A DNA stretch of 63,401 nt, counting the filler, from Octopus bimaculoides (Eukaryota), in assembly GCF_001194135.2 (NCBI RefSeq). It is 4 parts of 4 records of this genome, joined end to end, with 100 filler letters (N's around TTAATTAATTAA, not from the genome) between each part and the next. Parts side by side here need not be neighbours in the genome. Positions count along the whole stretch, not along the records: positions 19,999 to 42,750 come from NC_068991.1; positions 42,851 to 59,049 come from NC_069003.1; 2 more parts are not named here. One strand, 5' to 3'. Below the pieces are notes generated by a model, which ran no database searches, had not been told where the DNA came from, and saw only the letters and a program-made list of their open reading frames with translations. This document shows positions 37,320-50,885 of this stretch, piece by piece (position 1 is the stretch's first letter; each line of letters begins with the position of its first letter). The position numbers were made by a program, and so were the translations under genes.

Positions 37320-39345
37320 GCATGAGTTGGATTGTTTAACAGGATCTGCAGGCTGTCAAACAGCATCATGCCCCCATCGTCTTTCTGGAAAGGTTTCTAC
37401 AGCTAGATGCGCTTCCTAACGCCAACCACTTTACAGCGTGTGCTGAGTATTTTTTTTTTTTTTCATTTTGTAACATCATTTCTAGTGAGGTCGGCATGCA
37501 TTCTACAAGACTAAGATCCCTGTCTGTATCTGAGTGGGTCTACAGTATACAAGGAGGCAGCTTTATGCTATGGATAAGGGGTGAAATTGTGAGAGAAGAG
37601 GTCAGAACACAACAGGTTTTTTGATGTAGGGGAGCTACGCTGTTACTCAAAAGAGGATGAAAGTTACTAAGTGTAGCTGGAGTAGACCTTGAGATACGAT
37701 GTGAGTGGCTACAGGAGAATAAATGTCGGTGGATAGAGGTCGTGTTTGAGAGTGAGGGATGGTTTGAGATAAGGTGAATCTAATGCATAACAAGTGTTGA
37801 ATGATGATAAGTAGGGAAGAGTGAGAACTGGAGAGGTTTAAGTGGGAATGAGTGACCACTGAAAGATATGGGGAAGGTAGGGAAGAGGAGATGACTAGTA
37901 ATGTTGAAAAAGGTGTGAGGCAGGCGAAGGGCATGAGAATAATAATAGTGATACAGTCCACTGGCAGGATGAGAGAATGGGAGAAAAGGAGAGCGATGAC
38001 ATGGTTGGGTTGGTTGTAAGAGTGTGATCTATTTGTAGGGAAATGGAGAGGTTTTTGGAGGTGGGTAGTTAGTGTAAAATGTCAGTTGCAGATGACAGTA
38101 TTAAGAACGAAAGATGGATAACAAATGAAATGGTTGCAGGTAGTAAGAAGGGTAAGTGATATTAGGAAAAAGGTGGTGTAATATACAGTTCTGTTCACTT
38201 TTAATTATAGCAGCAAAACTGTGTAATTATAATGATGATTGGTAGTGGAAATTGGGCAAGAGGCCCAGTTGTGCACATTGTTCTTCCAGAATTTTGCTCA
38301 GTCATACTTTGCCATCTTCTCTGTGAGGTTCATGTCCCTAAGATCAACCTTTACCACTTTTTCCCCATGCTCTTTCACAGGCTCCATCCACATTGTAGCC
38401 AGAACTTCTTTATACAGCTCTCCTCATCCTTACGCATCACATATCCATACCAGCACAGTCTTCTTTCTTGCACACTACATCTGATTCCTCTTGTGCCTAG
38501 TTTTTCTCTCAATGCATTTGTACTGTGTTATTTATGTAAATTTACATTGCACATCCAGCAAGCATGCTAGCTTCATTTCTTCCCAGTCTCCTCAATCCCT
38601 CTGCATTCAAGGCCCACGTCTCACTGCCATGCAGCATCTCAATTCTAACATAAGTGTGTCATAAAATCTGTCCTTCATTCTGAGAGAAAGGACATTTGTT
38701 GCTAGTAGTGGTTGTAATTCTCTAAATTTTTCCAACCCATTTTTAACCTGGCTGTTATACTTAAGGAGCAACCACCTCTCATGCTAATTGCATCTAGATA
38801 ACAAGAACTATCAATAACTTCTAGCGAGCCTTCTGGGCATTTAAGTGAATCTATTTCCATATCACATACTGCTCCAATGCATCTATCACCCGAAGTCTAC
38901 TTTCTCTGTTATGTTTCACTTTACTTATGTGTCTATCATACATTGGGTATAGTGTATGATTTTACTCCTTCCTTCTCTCTGAAACAAGGCCATTTTCCTG
39001 AAGACACCAGAGTCCTATCTTCATCCCCTACTTACTAAAACCTTAGTCTTTGCTAAATTTACCATGAGGCCTCTTGATTTTAGGTTTAGCTCTCACATCC
39101 AGAATTTGCTTTCTAATTAACCTATAGAGTCAACTATGAGAACTAGATCAGCAGCATATAGGAGTTCTCAAGGACATCCAGTCTTAAACTCTTCTATGAT
39201 GGCCTGTAAGACTATGATGACTAGGAGAGGACTGAACTTGGATGGACTCTTACCCTCACCTTAAATTTGTCATTGTAATCATTGTTGACTCTCATTTTTA
39301 CTCACTGCATCTTTGTAAATAGCTTGAACAACCCTTACAAGCCTC
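37320..39345 (-). mobile_element. Old RTE LINE 3' portion (RT, C-terminus, purine-skewed UTR, tail)
   Basis: VHPSSVLS, GCP*ELLYAADL, GLMVNLAKTKV, KFRELQPLL, MLHGSETW, RRLCWYGYVMR at ~38270-39345; RTE-tail-like sequence at 37320-37450. Confidence 0.85.
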
Positions 39346-39484
39346 TATTTTAATAAACTACTCCACAATTAAACATAACCTCGCCACATCTACATGAATA
39401 TAAATACAGGCGTGTATAGTTAGAAATCTACCCCCATCAAAAACTGTCTACACAGTCTTACCTTAAAGATGCTTCCATTGTTTT

Positions 39485-39885
39485 TTTACCTTTTACTTGT
39501 TTCAGTCATTGAACTGTGACTATACTGGGACATCACCTTAAAGGATTTCATCAAGGAAATCAACCCCAGTACTAATTTTTTTTTTAAAGTCTAGTACTTA
39601 TTCTATTAGTCTCTTATGCCAAACTACTAAAATATAGGGACAAACAAACCAATAACAATTGTCAAGTGATGACTGGGAGACAATCACAAAGACATACACA
39701 CACACACACACACACACATATATACATATAAGACAGGCTTCCACATAGTTTCTGCCTACCAAATTTACTCACAAAGTATTGATTGATTCAAGACTGTAAC
39801 AGAAGACACTTGCTGTGCAATGAGACTGAACCCAAAGCTACATGGTTGCAAAGCAAGCTTCTTAACCACACAGCCATGCTTGTGC
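39485..39885 (-). mobile_element. Diverged full-length SINE family C
   Basis: TTTTACTTGTTTCAGTCATT... to CCACACAGCCATG. Confidence 0.75.
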
Positions 39886-41314
39886 CTACAATATACAAAC
39901 AAAGCCAAAATGTTTTTTTTATTCTGAAAGTTTTAAATATTTTCCAATTTGCAGGATATTTCTACTTCCAAGATTTGAACTCAAAATCTTTGTTTTATAT
40001 TTCTATTTAAATTAATTTAAAATTCCCCCACACATTAACATTAGATTACCTATATTTCCCTCAGTTTAAGATTGCTTCTCTATTTCAAACAGCAAAATTT
40101 ATATTATCTGAAGAGAGACCTCTAAATGAAACTGTGATGTTTCATTTAAATGTTTAATACATTTTCATCACCTCCCTCTGATGTGAACAAACATATCACT
40201 GTTTAGTGCCAGTTTAGCCTTGATCAAACAGATTCATGTTCAAAAGACATTCCAGCCATTACCATTGCTTATTTTATTCAAATGTACTGTCTAGAAAGTA
40301 TATTATCCAAAGCATCTTTTATAACAGTTTTATCTGGTATGAGGGAGATTTGGTTGCTATTTCCAGCATGGTGAGCAACTATTAAGATTTAAAACAAGTC
40401 CTGTAGTTAAAAAATTTTTTTGCTCTTATTGATTCTATTCAAAATTTCCTTGGTTACCAAATATACCACTCTTGTTTTATTAATATTTTTTTGTTTTTAT
40501 ATTTTAAAATGTGATGACACACTTCACATTGGAAAAATGGATTTCCAATGCAGCCAAGGAGATTTGCCAAATCAATGAGGTTGTTTGAAATTTACATTAA
40601 CATATACTTATATAAAGATCTTTATAAAGCAGTTACTACAAGGAATATATATTTAATGACTACTACAAAGATATTACTGTGGTTTGTTTAGTCAGTTTGA
40701 TATGGCCCCAGTAGCCCTCCTTATGCAGGTGCTCATACAGCAATACATGGGTATATGTTCTGTGGAACATATTGTTAATTTATATTTAATTTAGCAACCT
40801 TGGTAATTTTAATTTCATGACATTCCATCACATCATCTAATTAATATTGTATGGTCTACTTGTAGAAACGTGTTAACATCACAACAGGATGTCTAGATAT
40901 CTTAAGTGTTCTCTCCATTATGTATTCATCCATTAGTGAATTAGTAGGGGAAAAGAAGTTTACCAAGTTCTATTGAAAATATATCATCTGGATATGACAC
41001 ATCCTCATTATCTTCAATAACATTCTAATAAACAGGGACCTCTCCAGGGATTCAATAATTATTAATTTTAACCCCAGGTCAGTATACAGATGGTTTCCAG
41101 TCCTCTATGTCAGCTAACTTTTTCTCAACTACTACTGTAGTATCTATGCTCGCCAACACTGTTCACCAATGCATCAAGACATACCTGAAGAAAGAGATAT
41201 AAAAAAATCATCACATTTATCTTGAATACCCTGCATATGTATGTGTGTGCATCTGTATATATATATATATAAACATTATCAATCACATTATCAATCACAT
41301 ATACTTTGTGGCTT

Positions 41315-41494
41315 AACATCATACACCCAAACAGGATTGGAGCTTAATCATTTTGCCAGCTCATAACTTATATGCATGTAATGTGTAAACTATGCGCAAG
41401 TATGCAAGTTATATGTGCATTTGCATACTATATGCATATAAATTGGGGACTGGAAAAATGACTCCACTCCAATCCTGTTTAGGTATGTGATGTT
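41315..41494. repeat. ~180-bp imperfect foldback (MITE-like)
   Basis: AACATCATACACCCAAACAGGATTGGAG.. inverted as ..CTCCAATCCTGTTTAGGTATGTGATGTT. Confidence 0.65.
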
Positions 41495-41662
41495 GATAAA
41501 CCACAAAAATGGTGAAACATTGATGCCCATCACCCCTACTTGGGATTAATGGTCAGCTATCTTGCTTCTCCATGACTTGCTGCCTTACATACAACTCACT
41601 ATTCATGACTTTCAGATGCTTTAATACCTGGCACTTGCAGAGAGTATTCTCCACCAAGTCAA

Positions 41663-42750
41663 ATTTGCAATCTTTCTCCTCTGATGTACAATTTGCAAAT
41701 TGTACATCTTTCTCTGATGTACAATTTGCAATCTTTCTCCTCTGATGTACAATTTAGAATCTTTCTCCTCTGTTGTACAATTTAGAATCTTTCTCCTCTG
41801 TTGTACAATTTACAATCTTTCTCCTCTGATGTACAATTTGCAATCTTTCTCCTCTGATGTACAATTTGCAATCTTTCTCCTCTGATGTACAATTTACAAT
41901 CTTTCTCCTCTGATGTACAATTTGCAATCTTTCTCTTCTGATGTACAANNNNNNNNNNNNNNNNNNNNNNNNNNNNNNNNNNNNNNNNNNNNNNNNNNNN
42001 NNNNNNNNNNNNNNNNNNNNNNNNNNNNNNNNNNNNNNNNNNNNNNNNNNNNNNNNNNNNNNNNNNNNNNNNNNNNNNNNNNNNNNNNNNNNNNNNNNNN
42101 NNNNNNNNNNNNNNNNNNNNNNNNNNNNNNNNNNNNNNNNNNNNNNNNNNNNNNNNNNNNNNNNNNNNNNNNNNNNNNNNNNNNNNNNNNNNNNNNNNNN
42201 NNNNNNNNNNNNNNNTTGTACAATTTAGAATCTTTCTCCTCTGTTGTACAATTTACAATCTTTCTCCTCTGATGTACAATTTGCAATCTTTCTCCTCTGA
42301 TGTACAATTTGCAATCTTTCTCCTCTGATGTACAATTTACAATCTTTCTCCTCTGATGTACAATTTGCAATCTTTCTCTTCTGATGTACAATTCACAATC
42401 TTTCTCCTCTGATGTACAATTTGCAATCTTTCTCCTCTGATGTACAATTTGCAATCTTTCTCCCGTGATATACAATTTGCAATCTTTCTCCTCTGATGTA
42501 CAATTTGCAATCTTGCTCCTCTGATGTACAATTTGCAATCTTGCTCCTCTGATGTACAATTTACAATCTTTGTCCTCTGATGTACAATTTGCAATCTTTG
42601 TCTTCTGATGTACAATTTGCAATCTTTCTCCTCTGATGTACAATTTGCAATCTTTCTCCTCTGATGTACAATTTGCAATCTTTCTCCTCTGATGTACAAT
42701 TTGCAATATTTGTCCTCTGATGTACAATTTGCAATCTTTGTCCTGTGATG
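41663..42750. repeat. 28-bp minisatellite array (ATGTACAATTTGCAATCTTTCTCCTCTG)n
   Basis: Roughly 28-30 visible units, interrupted by an N gap and ended by another. Confidence 0.97.
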
Positions 42751-42994
42751 NNNNNNNNNNNNNNNNNNNNNNNNNNNNNNNNNNNNNNNNNNNNTTAATT
42801 AATTAANNNNNNNNNNNNNNNNNNNNNNNNNNNNNNNNNNNNNNNNNNNNTTTTTTTTATCAATTCGTGTCGATGAGTAAAATACCAGACAAGTACAGGA
42901 TTCGATGGTTTTCTCTCTCTCTCTGTTTCTCTACAGAGAGATGATTTCAAGAAACATTGCTCACAAATTGTTCTATAATCTTCTCCGACTACCA

Positions 42995-43038
<44 letters not shown>

Positions 43039-43052
43039 ACACACACATACAT

Positions 43053-43083
<31 letters not shown>

Positions 43084-43097
43084 TTAAGGGATGTGAG

Positions 43098-43144
<47 letters not shown>

Positions 43145-43332
43145 ATGTGTGTGTGTGTAATATATGTGCACTCATATATATGCAAACATATAAAGTGTGA
43201 GAATTTATTGTATGTATACGTACATATATAAATATATATACATGCAGAGAGAGACACATACACACACATATATATATACATGTAGAGAGAGAGGGGAAGA
43301 GAGAGAGAGAAAGGGGTAAATAAGAGATCAAT

Positions 43333-43373
<41 letters not shown>

Positions 43374-43895
43374 NNNNNNNNNNNNNNNNNNNNNNNNNNN
43401 NNNNNNNNNNNNNNNNNNNNNNNNNNNNNNNNNNNNNNNNNNNNNNNNNNNNNNNNNNNNNNNNNNNNNNNNNNNNNNNNNNNNNNNNNNNNNNNNNNNN
43501 NNNNNNNNNNNNNNNNNNNNNNNNNNNNNNNNNNNNNNNNNNNNNNNNNNNNNNNNNNNNNNNNNNNNNNNNNNNNNNNNNNNNNNNNNNNNNNNNNNNN
43601 NNNNNNNNNNNNNNNNNNNNCTCTCTTCCTCCCATTCTCTTCTCCCTTGTTTCTATCAGTCAGTCTGCCTCTCTGCCTGTCTATCTATTTCTTCCCTTCC
43701 TCTCTCCGTCTCCTCTCTCTACCCCTCTCCACCTATCTTGTTATCTCTTTCAATATCTTTCTCCTTGTCTACATATATATTTTCTCTCTTCCTCTCTGTC
43801 TGTCTGTCTGTCTGTCTGTCTGTCAGTGTATGGGCCTTGTCTCTCACCCTCTCCCTTTCTCTCTTCCCCCTCCTCTCTATCTTGGTATTCATATA

Positions 43896-44325
43896 CTCTT
43901 TTACTCTTTTACTTGTTTCAGTCATTTGACTGCGGCCATGCTAGAGCACCGCCTTTAGTCGAACAAATCGACCCCAGAACTTATTCTTTGTAAGCCTAGT
44001 ACTTATTCTATCGGTCTCTTTTGCCGAACCGCTAAGTAACGAGGACGTAAACACACCAGCATCGGTTGTCAAGCGATGTTGGGGGAACGCACACAGGTAC
44101 ACAAACATATACACACATACATATATATGTATGCATATATACGACGGCTTCTTTCAGTTTCCGTCTACCAAATCCACTCACAAGGCTATAACAGAAGATA
44201 CTTGCCCAAGGTGCCACGCAGTNNNNNNNNNNATAACAGAAGATACTTGCCCAAGGTGCCACGCAGTGGGACTGAACCCGGAACCATGTGGTTGGGAAGC
44301 AAGCTTCTTATCACACAGCCACTCC
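43896..44325 (-). mobile_element. Near full-length SINE family C
   Basis: tRNA head at 44325, internal (TA/TG) tract, 3' GAAACAAGTAAAAGAGTAAAAGAG; 35-bp duplication across a 10-N gap is an assembly overlap. Confidence 0.85.
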
Positions 44326-44773
44326 ATATATATATATGGTGGTGATATAAATGATTATTCCGGAGCATATTCACCATCTACTTCAATTACTTCTTCCCAT
44401 TTGCTTGGCAGACGGTCAGACCGCCATTTAAATATGTTTTGTTCAATATTGATATTGTTTTTGCTGGATAAAATTTGTTGAAAAAAAAAATGCCGCAATA
44501 ATTATGCACCAACCCAATATATTTAAATATAATTTACGGTCGTCGGACTTTTTAAATATGCTGACCACTGGTTGAAATTGATATTTAACTACAGAGAGAG
44601 AGAAGCAAATTGAGAGATTTAATTAGTTGACAGCTGTTTCATAATTTGTGTAGTTACATAAGTGACAATATATAATATTGATGTGTGCGTATGTGTGCAT
44701 ATTGGTATTTTCTTTGCATATGTAATGTATGTATATATTGTTATAGTTATATATGTATAAGCATTGTGTGTGA

Positions 44774-44812
<39 letters not shown>

Positions 44813-45035
44813 TGTGTATATGTGAGTTTGTGTCTGTGTGTGTCTCCTTCACCACATGACAACCGGTGTTGCTGTGTTTACGGCCTTGCAAAAAATACCA
44901 TTAGAACAAGCACTGGGCATCAAAAACAAAAACTTAAGTACTAAAGGAAAATCGTTCGACTAAAATTCTTCAAGGCGATGTCTCAATATGGCTGCCGACC
45001 AATGACTGAAAAATGACAGTTAAAAAAGGTATATG

Positions 45036-45088
<53 letters not shown>

Positions 45089-45189
45089 AAATATTAATGT
45101 TTGTTTTCATGTTTTATATTTATATATATGTATATATGTATACATATATCTTTGTATATANNNNNNNNNNATATGTATACATATATCTT

Positions 45190-45224
<35 letters not shown>

Positions 45225-45243
45225 CTTTATATATGTATACCTG

Positions 45244-45274
<31 letters not shown>

Positions 45275-45405
45275 CAATGTATACATACATATATATGCAC
45301 CAATATATCTATACACATATACTTACATATATCCGTATATGTGTGATATATATGTATATATATGCACACACACCTACATAAAGTATATCTATAGCTACCT
45401 ATAAA

Positions 45406-45452
<47 letters not shown>

Positions 45453-45567
45453 TTGTCTCCAAGCTTTTTCTGTAACACATAATATACGCCTGAAAATATG
45501 TACAATAATAGGCATATTGACACAGTGTCTGAGTGTGCGTATATGCATGTGTGTGCATGCGTGTACA

Positions 45568-45618
<51 letters not shown>

Positions 45619-45719
45619 ATGGTGTTGCTTTTATCACTGTCTGCAAAATCGATAAATATTCTGCTAAAAATCAACTTGTCAACCTGAAACTAGCAGTTTT
45701 AGCTCGAAGCCACGCAACA

Positions 45720-46168
45720 ACAGTAACAACAATATGAGATGTAATAATAACCGTTATAACAATAAACAATAGTATAGGTGGTGGTGGTGGTAGTGGTATT
45801 GGTGTTGTTGGTGTTTGTCGCAATAGTAGAATAGTAGTAGTGGTTGTTGTGGTGGTGGTGGTAGTAGTAGAAGTAGCAGTTGTTGAAGTAGTAGTAGTGG
45901 TGGTGGTAGTAGCAGTGGTTGTGGTGGTGGTGGTGGTAGTAGTAGTAGAAGTAGCAGTTGTTGAAGTAGTAGTAGTGGTGGTGGTAGTAGCAGTGGTTGT
46001 GGTGGTGGTGGTGGTGNNNNNNNNNNNNNNNNNNNNNNNNNNNNNNNNNNNNNNNNGGTAGTAGTAGAAGTAGCAGTTGTTGAAGTAGTAGTAGTGGTGG
46101 TGGTAGTAGCAGTGGTTGTGGTGGTGGTGGTGGTGGTAGTGGTGGGGGTAGTAGGAGGATGAGTAACT

Positions 46169-46206
<38 letters not shown>

Positions 46207-46440
46207 CATCGTCATCATCTTCGTCAACATTACATCGTCACCATCACCATCATCATCGTCATCATCATCGTTATCATCGTCATCATCATCATCAGCATCA
46301 TCACCATCATCCTCGTCACCATCGCTATCGTTATCATCGTCATCAAGAACATCTTTATGAGGACTTCTTCATAAATATTTTCAATACCATCACAGTCAGC
46401 ACCATCATCATCATCATCATCATCATTGTCACCTAAAACC
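45720..46440. repeat. Compound (GTA/GTG)n-(CAT)n trinucleotide tract with ~78-bp higher-order repeat
   Basis: GTAGTAGAAGTAGCAGTTGTTGAAG recurs at ~78-bp spacing (45870, 45948) and again after a gap. Confidence 0.85.
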
Positions 46441-46816
46441 ACACACCAACCTCACCACCCCACCACCATTACAACTGCTTTCAACCTTCTTCCCTTCTTC
46501 CACAACTCCCATCGCCACCACCGCCACCTCTGCCAACATCGTGTCTTGAATCTCCATTGAGTGGCAGATTCATTATACTTTGGTGGGGCGGGGGAACTAT
46601 TTCATACTTAAATACTTCATAGCAATAATAATTAAAAGTTAATTGGACAGTCGTTGTTAATTTAATTATTTTCTAATAATACACATGATAAAAATCTTAC
46701 AAAATTCCATCGACGTATACGTGTCTATCTCTATCTTACCTGGATCTCATCAGTGCTGTACTGAATCTCAGATTATTTATGATATGGATTTTTTTATATA
46801 TGAGAAAGACACTGAA

Positions 46817-46857
<41 letters not shown>

Positions 46858-46942
46858 GGGAGAGATTGAGAAAAAGGGAAGAGGATAGTGGAGGAAGAGA
46901 GACAGCAGATAAGGCAACCCAAGAGTCACATAATTTCTTTTT

Positions 46943-46983
<41 letters not shown>

Positions 46984-47084
46984 TCTCCCTCGTCCTCTCT
47001 CTTTCTCTCTCTCTCTCAAAAGAGGTAATCGTTAAAACAGACAGACAGACAGACAGACAGACAGGAAAATATATACCCATCATG

Positions 47085-47570
47085 ACTACCCGTCTAATAA
47101 GGATACACCAGGCACATGCATCGCAACCATGTGTGCGTGATATGGTGATCTCATATCAAGATAAACAGCACATGACCTTGCAGGTGGGGCCCAGTTAGAA
47201 TTTTCATCAGGCTGAATAGCCCATCCCGCTGAAAAGGTCCCTGAATAAGGGTTGTTTAAGGATGATGAACAAAACACCCATATTTCCAGAGGTGAATTGT
47301 CCAAACCCCAAAGAATTCCTTTCAACACATGGCTATGATGCTCCCCCACTACTTCTGCTCTTGGTCAGAGATGCACATGTCGCCAGCCAATAAGGGACAT
47401 GCTCAACTGGGTAAGGTCAAACAATTGACAAGCAAATCTGTGGTATTGAGCAGAATATTTGCTGTAGCCCATCTTTTTATACCAAGACAAAACAATGTAC
47501 ATGATAACACTTCCGGTCAGTTAAGATCAGAGGCCATGAGAACTACCGTTTGGTACTGCATCAGGGCATT
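47085..47570. repeat. Unclassified ~480-bp SINE-like interspersed repeat ending in (ATC)n/(ATT)n
   Basis: GC-richer block between microsatellites; family recognised only loosely. Confidence 0.4.
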
Positions 47571-48181
47571 TATCATCATCATCATCATCATCATCATTAT
47601 TATTATTATCATCATCATTATTATTATTGTTGTTGTTGTTGTTGTTGCTATTGTTGTTGTTATTGTCGTTCTTATGTTCTTCTAGTCGTTGTTATTTCAA
47701 CTCCTGTTGTTACTAATATTGTTGTTGCTGTTGTTACGAACGTCATTTTGCTGTTCGTGATTGTTGTTGCCTCGCCACGTTGCTGTTTGATGTTCCAATA
47801 ATTTTGAAGATATGTGCTCTTTTGTCTTTGGGGTCGTATTTATTGATGTCATTGGGGGGTGGGGGGAGCGTTGTTGTGGTGGTAGTGATAACGAAGAACA
47901 TGGTTTTGGTAGTGGTGGTGGTGGTAGTAGTTGTGGATGTAGTGTTGGAGGTAATGTTAGCTACAGGCGATATAGTAGTGGCGGTGGTGGTGGTGGTGGT
48001 GGTTGTGTTGGCGTTGGTAGTAGTAGTAGTGTTGCTGGTCGTCGTGGTAATGATAGTAGTAGTGGTGTTAGTGGTGCTGGTAGTAGTAGTAGTTATCATA
48101 ATTGTGGTGGTAGTGGTGGTGATGCTAGTTGTAGTAATAGCAGTAGTGGTGGTAGTAGTGGTAGAAGTAATAGTAGTAGTC

Positions 48182-48240
<59 letters not shown>

Positions 48241-48520
48241 TATCATAGTGGTGGTGGTAGTGGTGGTGATGGTAGTTGTAGTAATAGTAGTAGTTGGAGG
48301 AGGAGTAGTAGTAGCAGCAGTTGTTGTTGTAGAAGTAGTTATAGTAGTGGTGATGGTAGTGGCGGAGGTGGTAGGTGTAGTTTTTACTTTTCACTCTTAA
48401 AGCTTCTGCTACTACTACTACTGCTGCTACTACTGATACTGCTGTTACTGTTATAGTTGCGTTGTTGTTACTTTCATTGTCGATATTGCGTTGTCCTTCA
48501 TTAACCATCAAAACCTATGT
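47570..48520. repeat. Low-complexity trinucleotide tract (ATC/GTT/GTA/GTG/CTA)
   Basis: Source of the poly-T/V/S ORFs in the track. Confidence 0.9.
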
Positions 48521-48683
48521 ATACGAAAAAAAGAAAAAGCCAAAAAGAACAACAACAACAAAAAAAACACTCTTAAAGATCAAAGCTTCTGTTATAACAC
48601 ACCTTTACAGCTGCACTGCACCGCGTGCACTTTCCTCCGGAACACACAGCACTAACACTGGAATATTACAGCTAAATTCTAAC

Positions 48684-48741
<58 letters not shown>

Positions 48742-49354
48742 NNNNNNNNNNNNNNNNNNNNNNNNNNNNNNNNNNNNNNNNNNNNNNNNNNNNNNNNNNN
48801 NNNNNNNNNNNNNNNNNNNNNNNNNNNNNNNNNNNNNNNNNNNNNNNNNNNNNNNNNNNNNNNNNNNNNNNNNNNNNNNNNNNNNNNNNNNNNNNNNNNN
48901 NNNNNNNNNNNNNNNNNNNNNNNNNNNNNNNNNNNNNNNNNNNNNNNNNNNNNNNNNNNNNNNNNNNNNNNNNNNNNNNNNNNNNNNNNNNNNNNNNNNN
49001 NNNNNNNNNNNNNNNNNNNNNNNNNNNNNNNNNNNNNNNNNNNNNNNNNNNNNNNNNNNNNNNNNNNNNNNNNNNNNNNNNNNNNNNNNNNNNNNNNNNN
49101 NNNNNNNNNNNNNNNNNNNNNNNNNNNNNNNNNNNNNNNNNNNNNNNNNNNNNNNNNNNNNNNNNNNNNNNNNNNNNNNNNNNNNNNNNNNNNNNNNNNN
49201 NNNNNNNNNNNNNNNNNNNNNNNNNNNNNNNNNNNNNNNNNNNNNNNNNNNNNNNNNNNNNNNNNNNNNNNNNNNNNNNNNNNNNNNNNNNNNNNNNNNN
49301 NNNNNNNNNNNNNNNNNNNNNNNNNNNNNNNNNNNNNNNNNNNNNNNNNNNNNN

Positions 49355-49417
<63 letters not shown>

Positions 49418-49534
49418 CGTTGTATGTTCAATAAATAATAAATAAGGCAATATGCTTATGTCATCATCTTTATGTATACATATATGTGTGCAATGGGCGT
49501 ACGTGTGTGCGTGCGTGTATGTATTCTTTTATTC

Positions 49535-49645
49535 TTTTATTCTTTTACTTGTTTCAGTCATTTGACTGCGGCCATGCTGAAGCACCGCCTTTAGTCGAGC
49601 AAATCGACCCCAGGACTTATTCTTTGGAAGCCTAGTACTTATTCT
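49535..49645 (-). mobile_element. 3' end of SINE family C
   Basis: TTTTACTTGTTTCAGTCATTTGACTGCGGCCATGCTG. Confidence 0.8.
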
Positions 49646-49779
49646 ATCGATCTCTCGTATGTATGTATGTATGTATGTATGTATGTATGTATGTATGTAT
49701 GTATGTGATTTTCAAAAATTGCACATATGGGCGATAAAGGAACACAAGTAAAATTCACACACAAGACTTAGACGTGCTC

Positions 49780-50885
49780 TTCCCTCGTCAGTTATCATCC
49801 ACAAGTTATAACAATTCCGCGCCTTTAACGATAAGATTGTTCATTTTGGTGGCGCCAGCAGCAAAAAGCTGCTGGAAATAAGCGACCGAACATAAAGGAC
49901 GGTGACGATCATCTTTTGTTCCTGTTAAGACCAAGGATGGAATTACGATCTTGAAGTAACCAAATGAAATACGAGCGTGATACAAAGAACACCACAATGA
50001 GCTCGTGAACAGAATAACGTTGATGAATCGCTGCTAGACATGTTAGGCGGCTGCTATTTAAAGAATGTTTAGATGAAGCCGCACAACAGGTAGAATTCAG
50101 CAAGGCGATAGCACAGATAAACAACGAGAAATCACCAAGGATGGATGGAATGCCCGTAGTGGTACTGAAATGCTGCGGGAGATAAGCTGAAAAGCGTACT
50201 GTACGAGGTTATCTTTCATGAATGGCGCACATCAATTCTTTAAGACTAGAGAGAGCTTTTGCTCTTGGTGTAATGGTAGCAGCAGATAAAGTGTTGCTCG
50301 TTAATTTCCGGCTACTGGCTTCTAATCTTGTTTATCCTCCGACTGTTCACTGCCTTTGTGTTGTCAGCTCTTGTCTGCCATCTCTGTTGGCCAACTTCTA
50401 CCATGTTTAAGAAGGGTGAGAAATCTGAGTACGAAAGATTTTCATGGCATCACGGTGCTCTGCATTGTGGGCAAAGTTTTCGCAAGATTTCTGCTGGAGA
50501 GATTGATTTTTTCACAGTGGCAAATGACATTCTCCCAGAAGCGCAATGTGGTTTCAGAGTACGAAGAGGAACTCATGACACGATATTTTCTGCAAGACAA
50601 ATTCAAGAAAGTCTGACGAGCAGAATCTTGACTTGTGTCAACGTTCTGTTGATCTCACCAAGGCATTTGTCTTAGTCAACGAATCAATACTATGGAATGT
50701 GTAAAAGAAGTTTCGTTGCCCTAACAAGTTTACAGATTTTATAAAACTTTACGTGACAACACGAAGACTAGAGTGTACTTTAATGGTAATTTATTCAACC
50801 TTTTCCTGCTGAAGACAGAGTAAAGCAAGGAGACATTCTTTCACTGACGTTATTTGCCCTTTCCTTTACAATAGTATTCAAGGTA
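49780..50885 (+). pseudogene. Decayed RT fragment of an RTE (BovB-like) LINE
   Basis: KSPRMDGMP, FKKGEKS, GITVLCIVGKVFARFLLERL, ILPEAQCGFR..RGTHDTIFSARQIQE, DLTKAF, KKFRCPNKF, KQGDILS. Confidence 0.85.

Noticed and set aside
40460-41186. Possible minus-strand terminal exon (TTCTTCAG|VCLDALVNSVGEHRYYSSS*) with AATAAA near 40480
   Set aside because: Only a splice-like motif; all frames close quickly and no partner exon or homology was recognised.
41894-42727. 277-aa repeat ORF as a zinc-finger gene
   Set aside because: No C2H2 spacing; 28-bp unit; variants add stops.
41663-42750. CRISPR-like regular repeat
   Set aside because: Units are head-to-tail with no unique spacers; eukaryotic context.
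44188-44267. 35-bp direct duplication in a SINE
   Set aside because: Straddles a 10-N gap; contig overlap artefact (similar case at 45161-45170).
47743-48511. Poly-Thr/Val/Ser 'mucin-like' ORFs (also 45754-46442)
   Set aside because: Pure trinucleotide repeats, open on both strands, with no splice or domain support.
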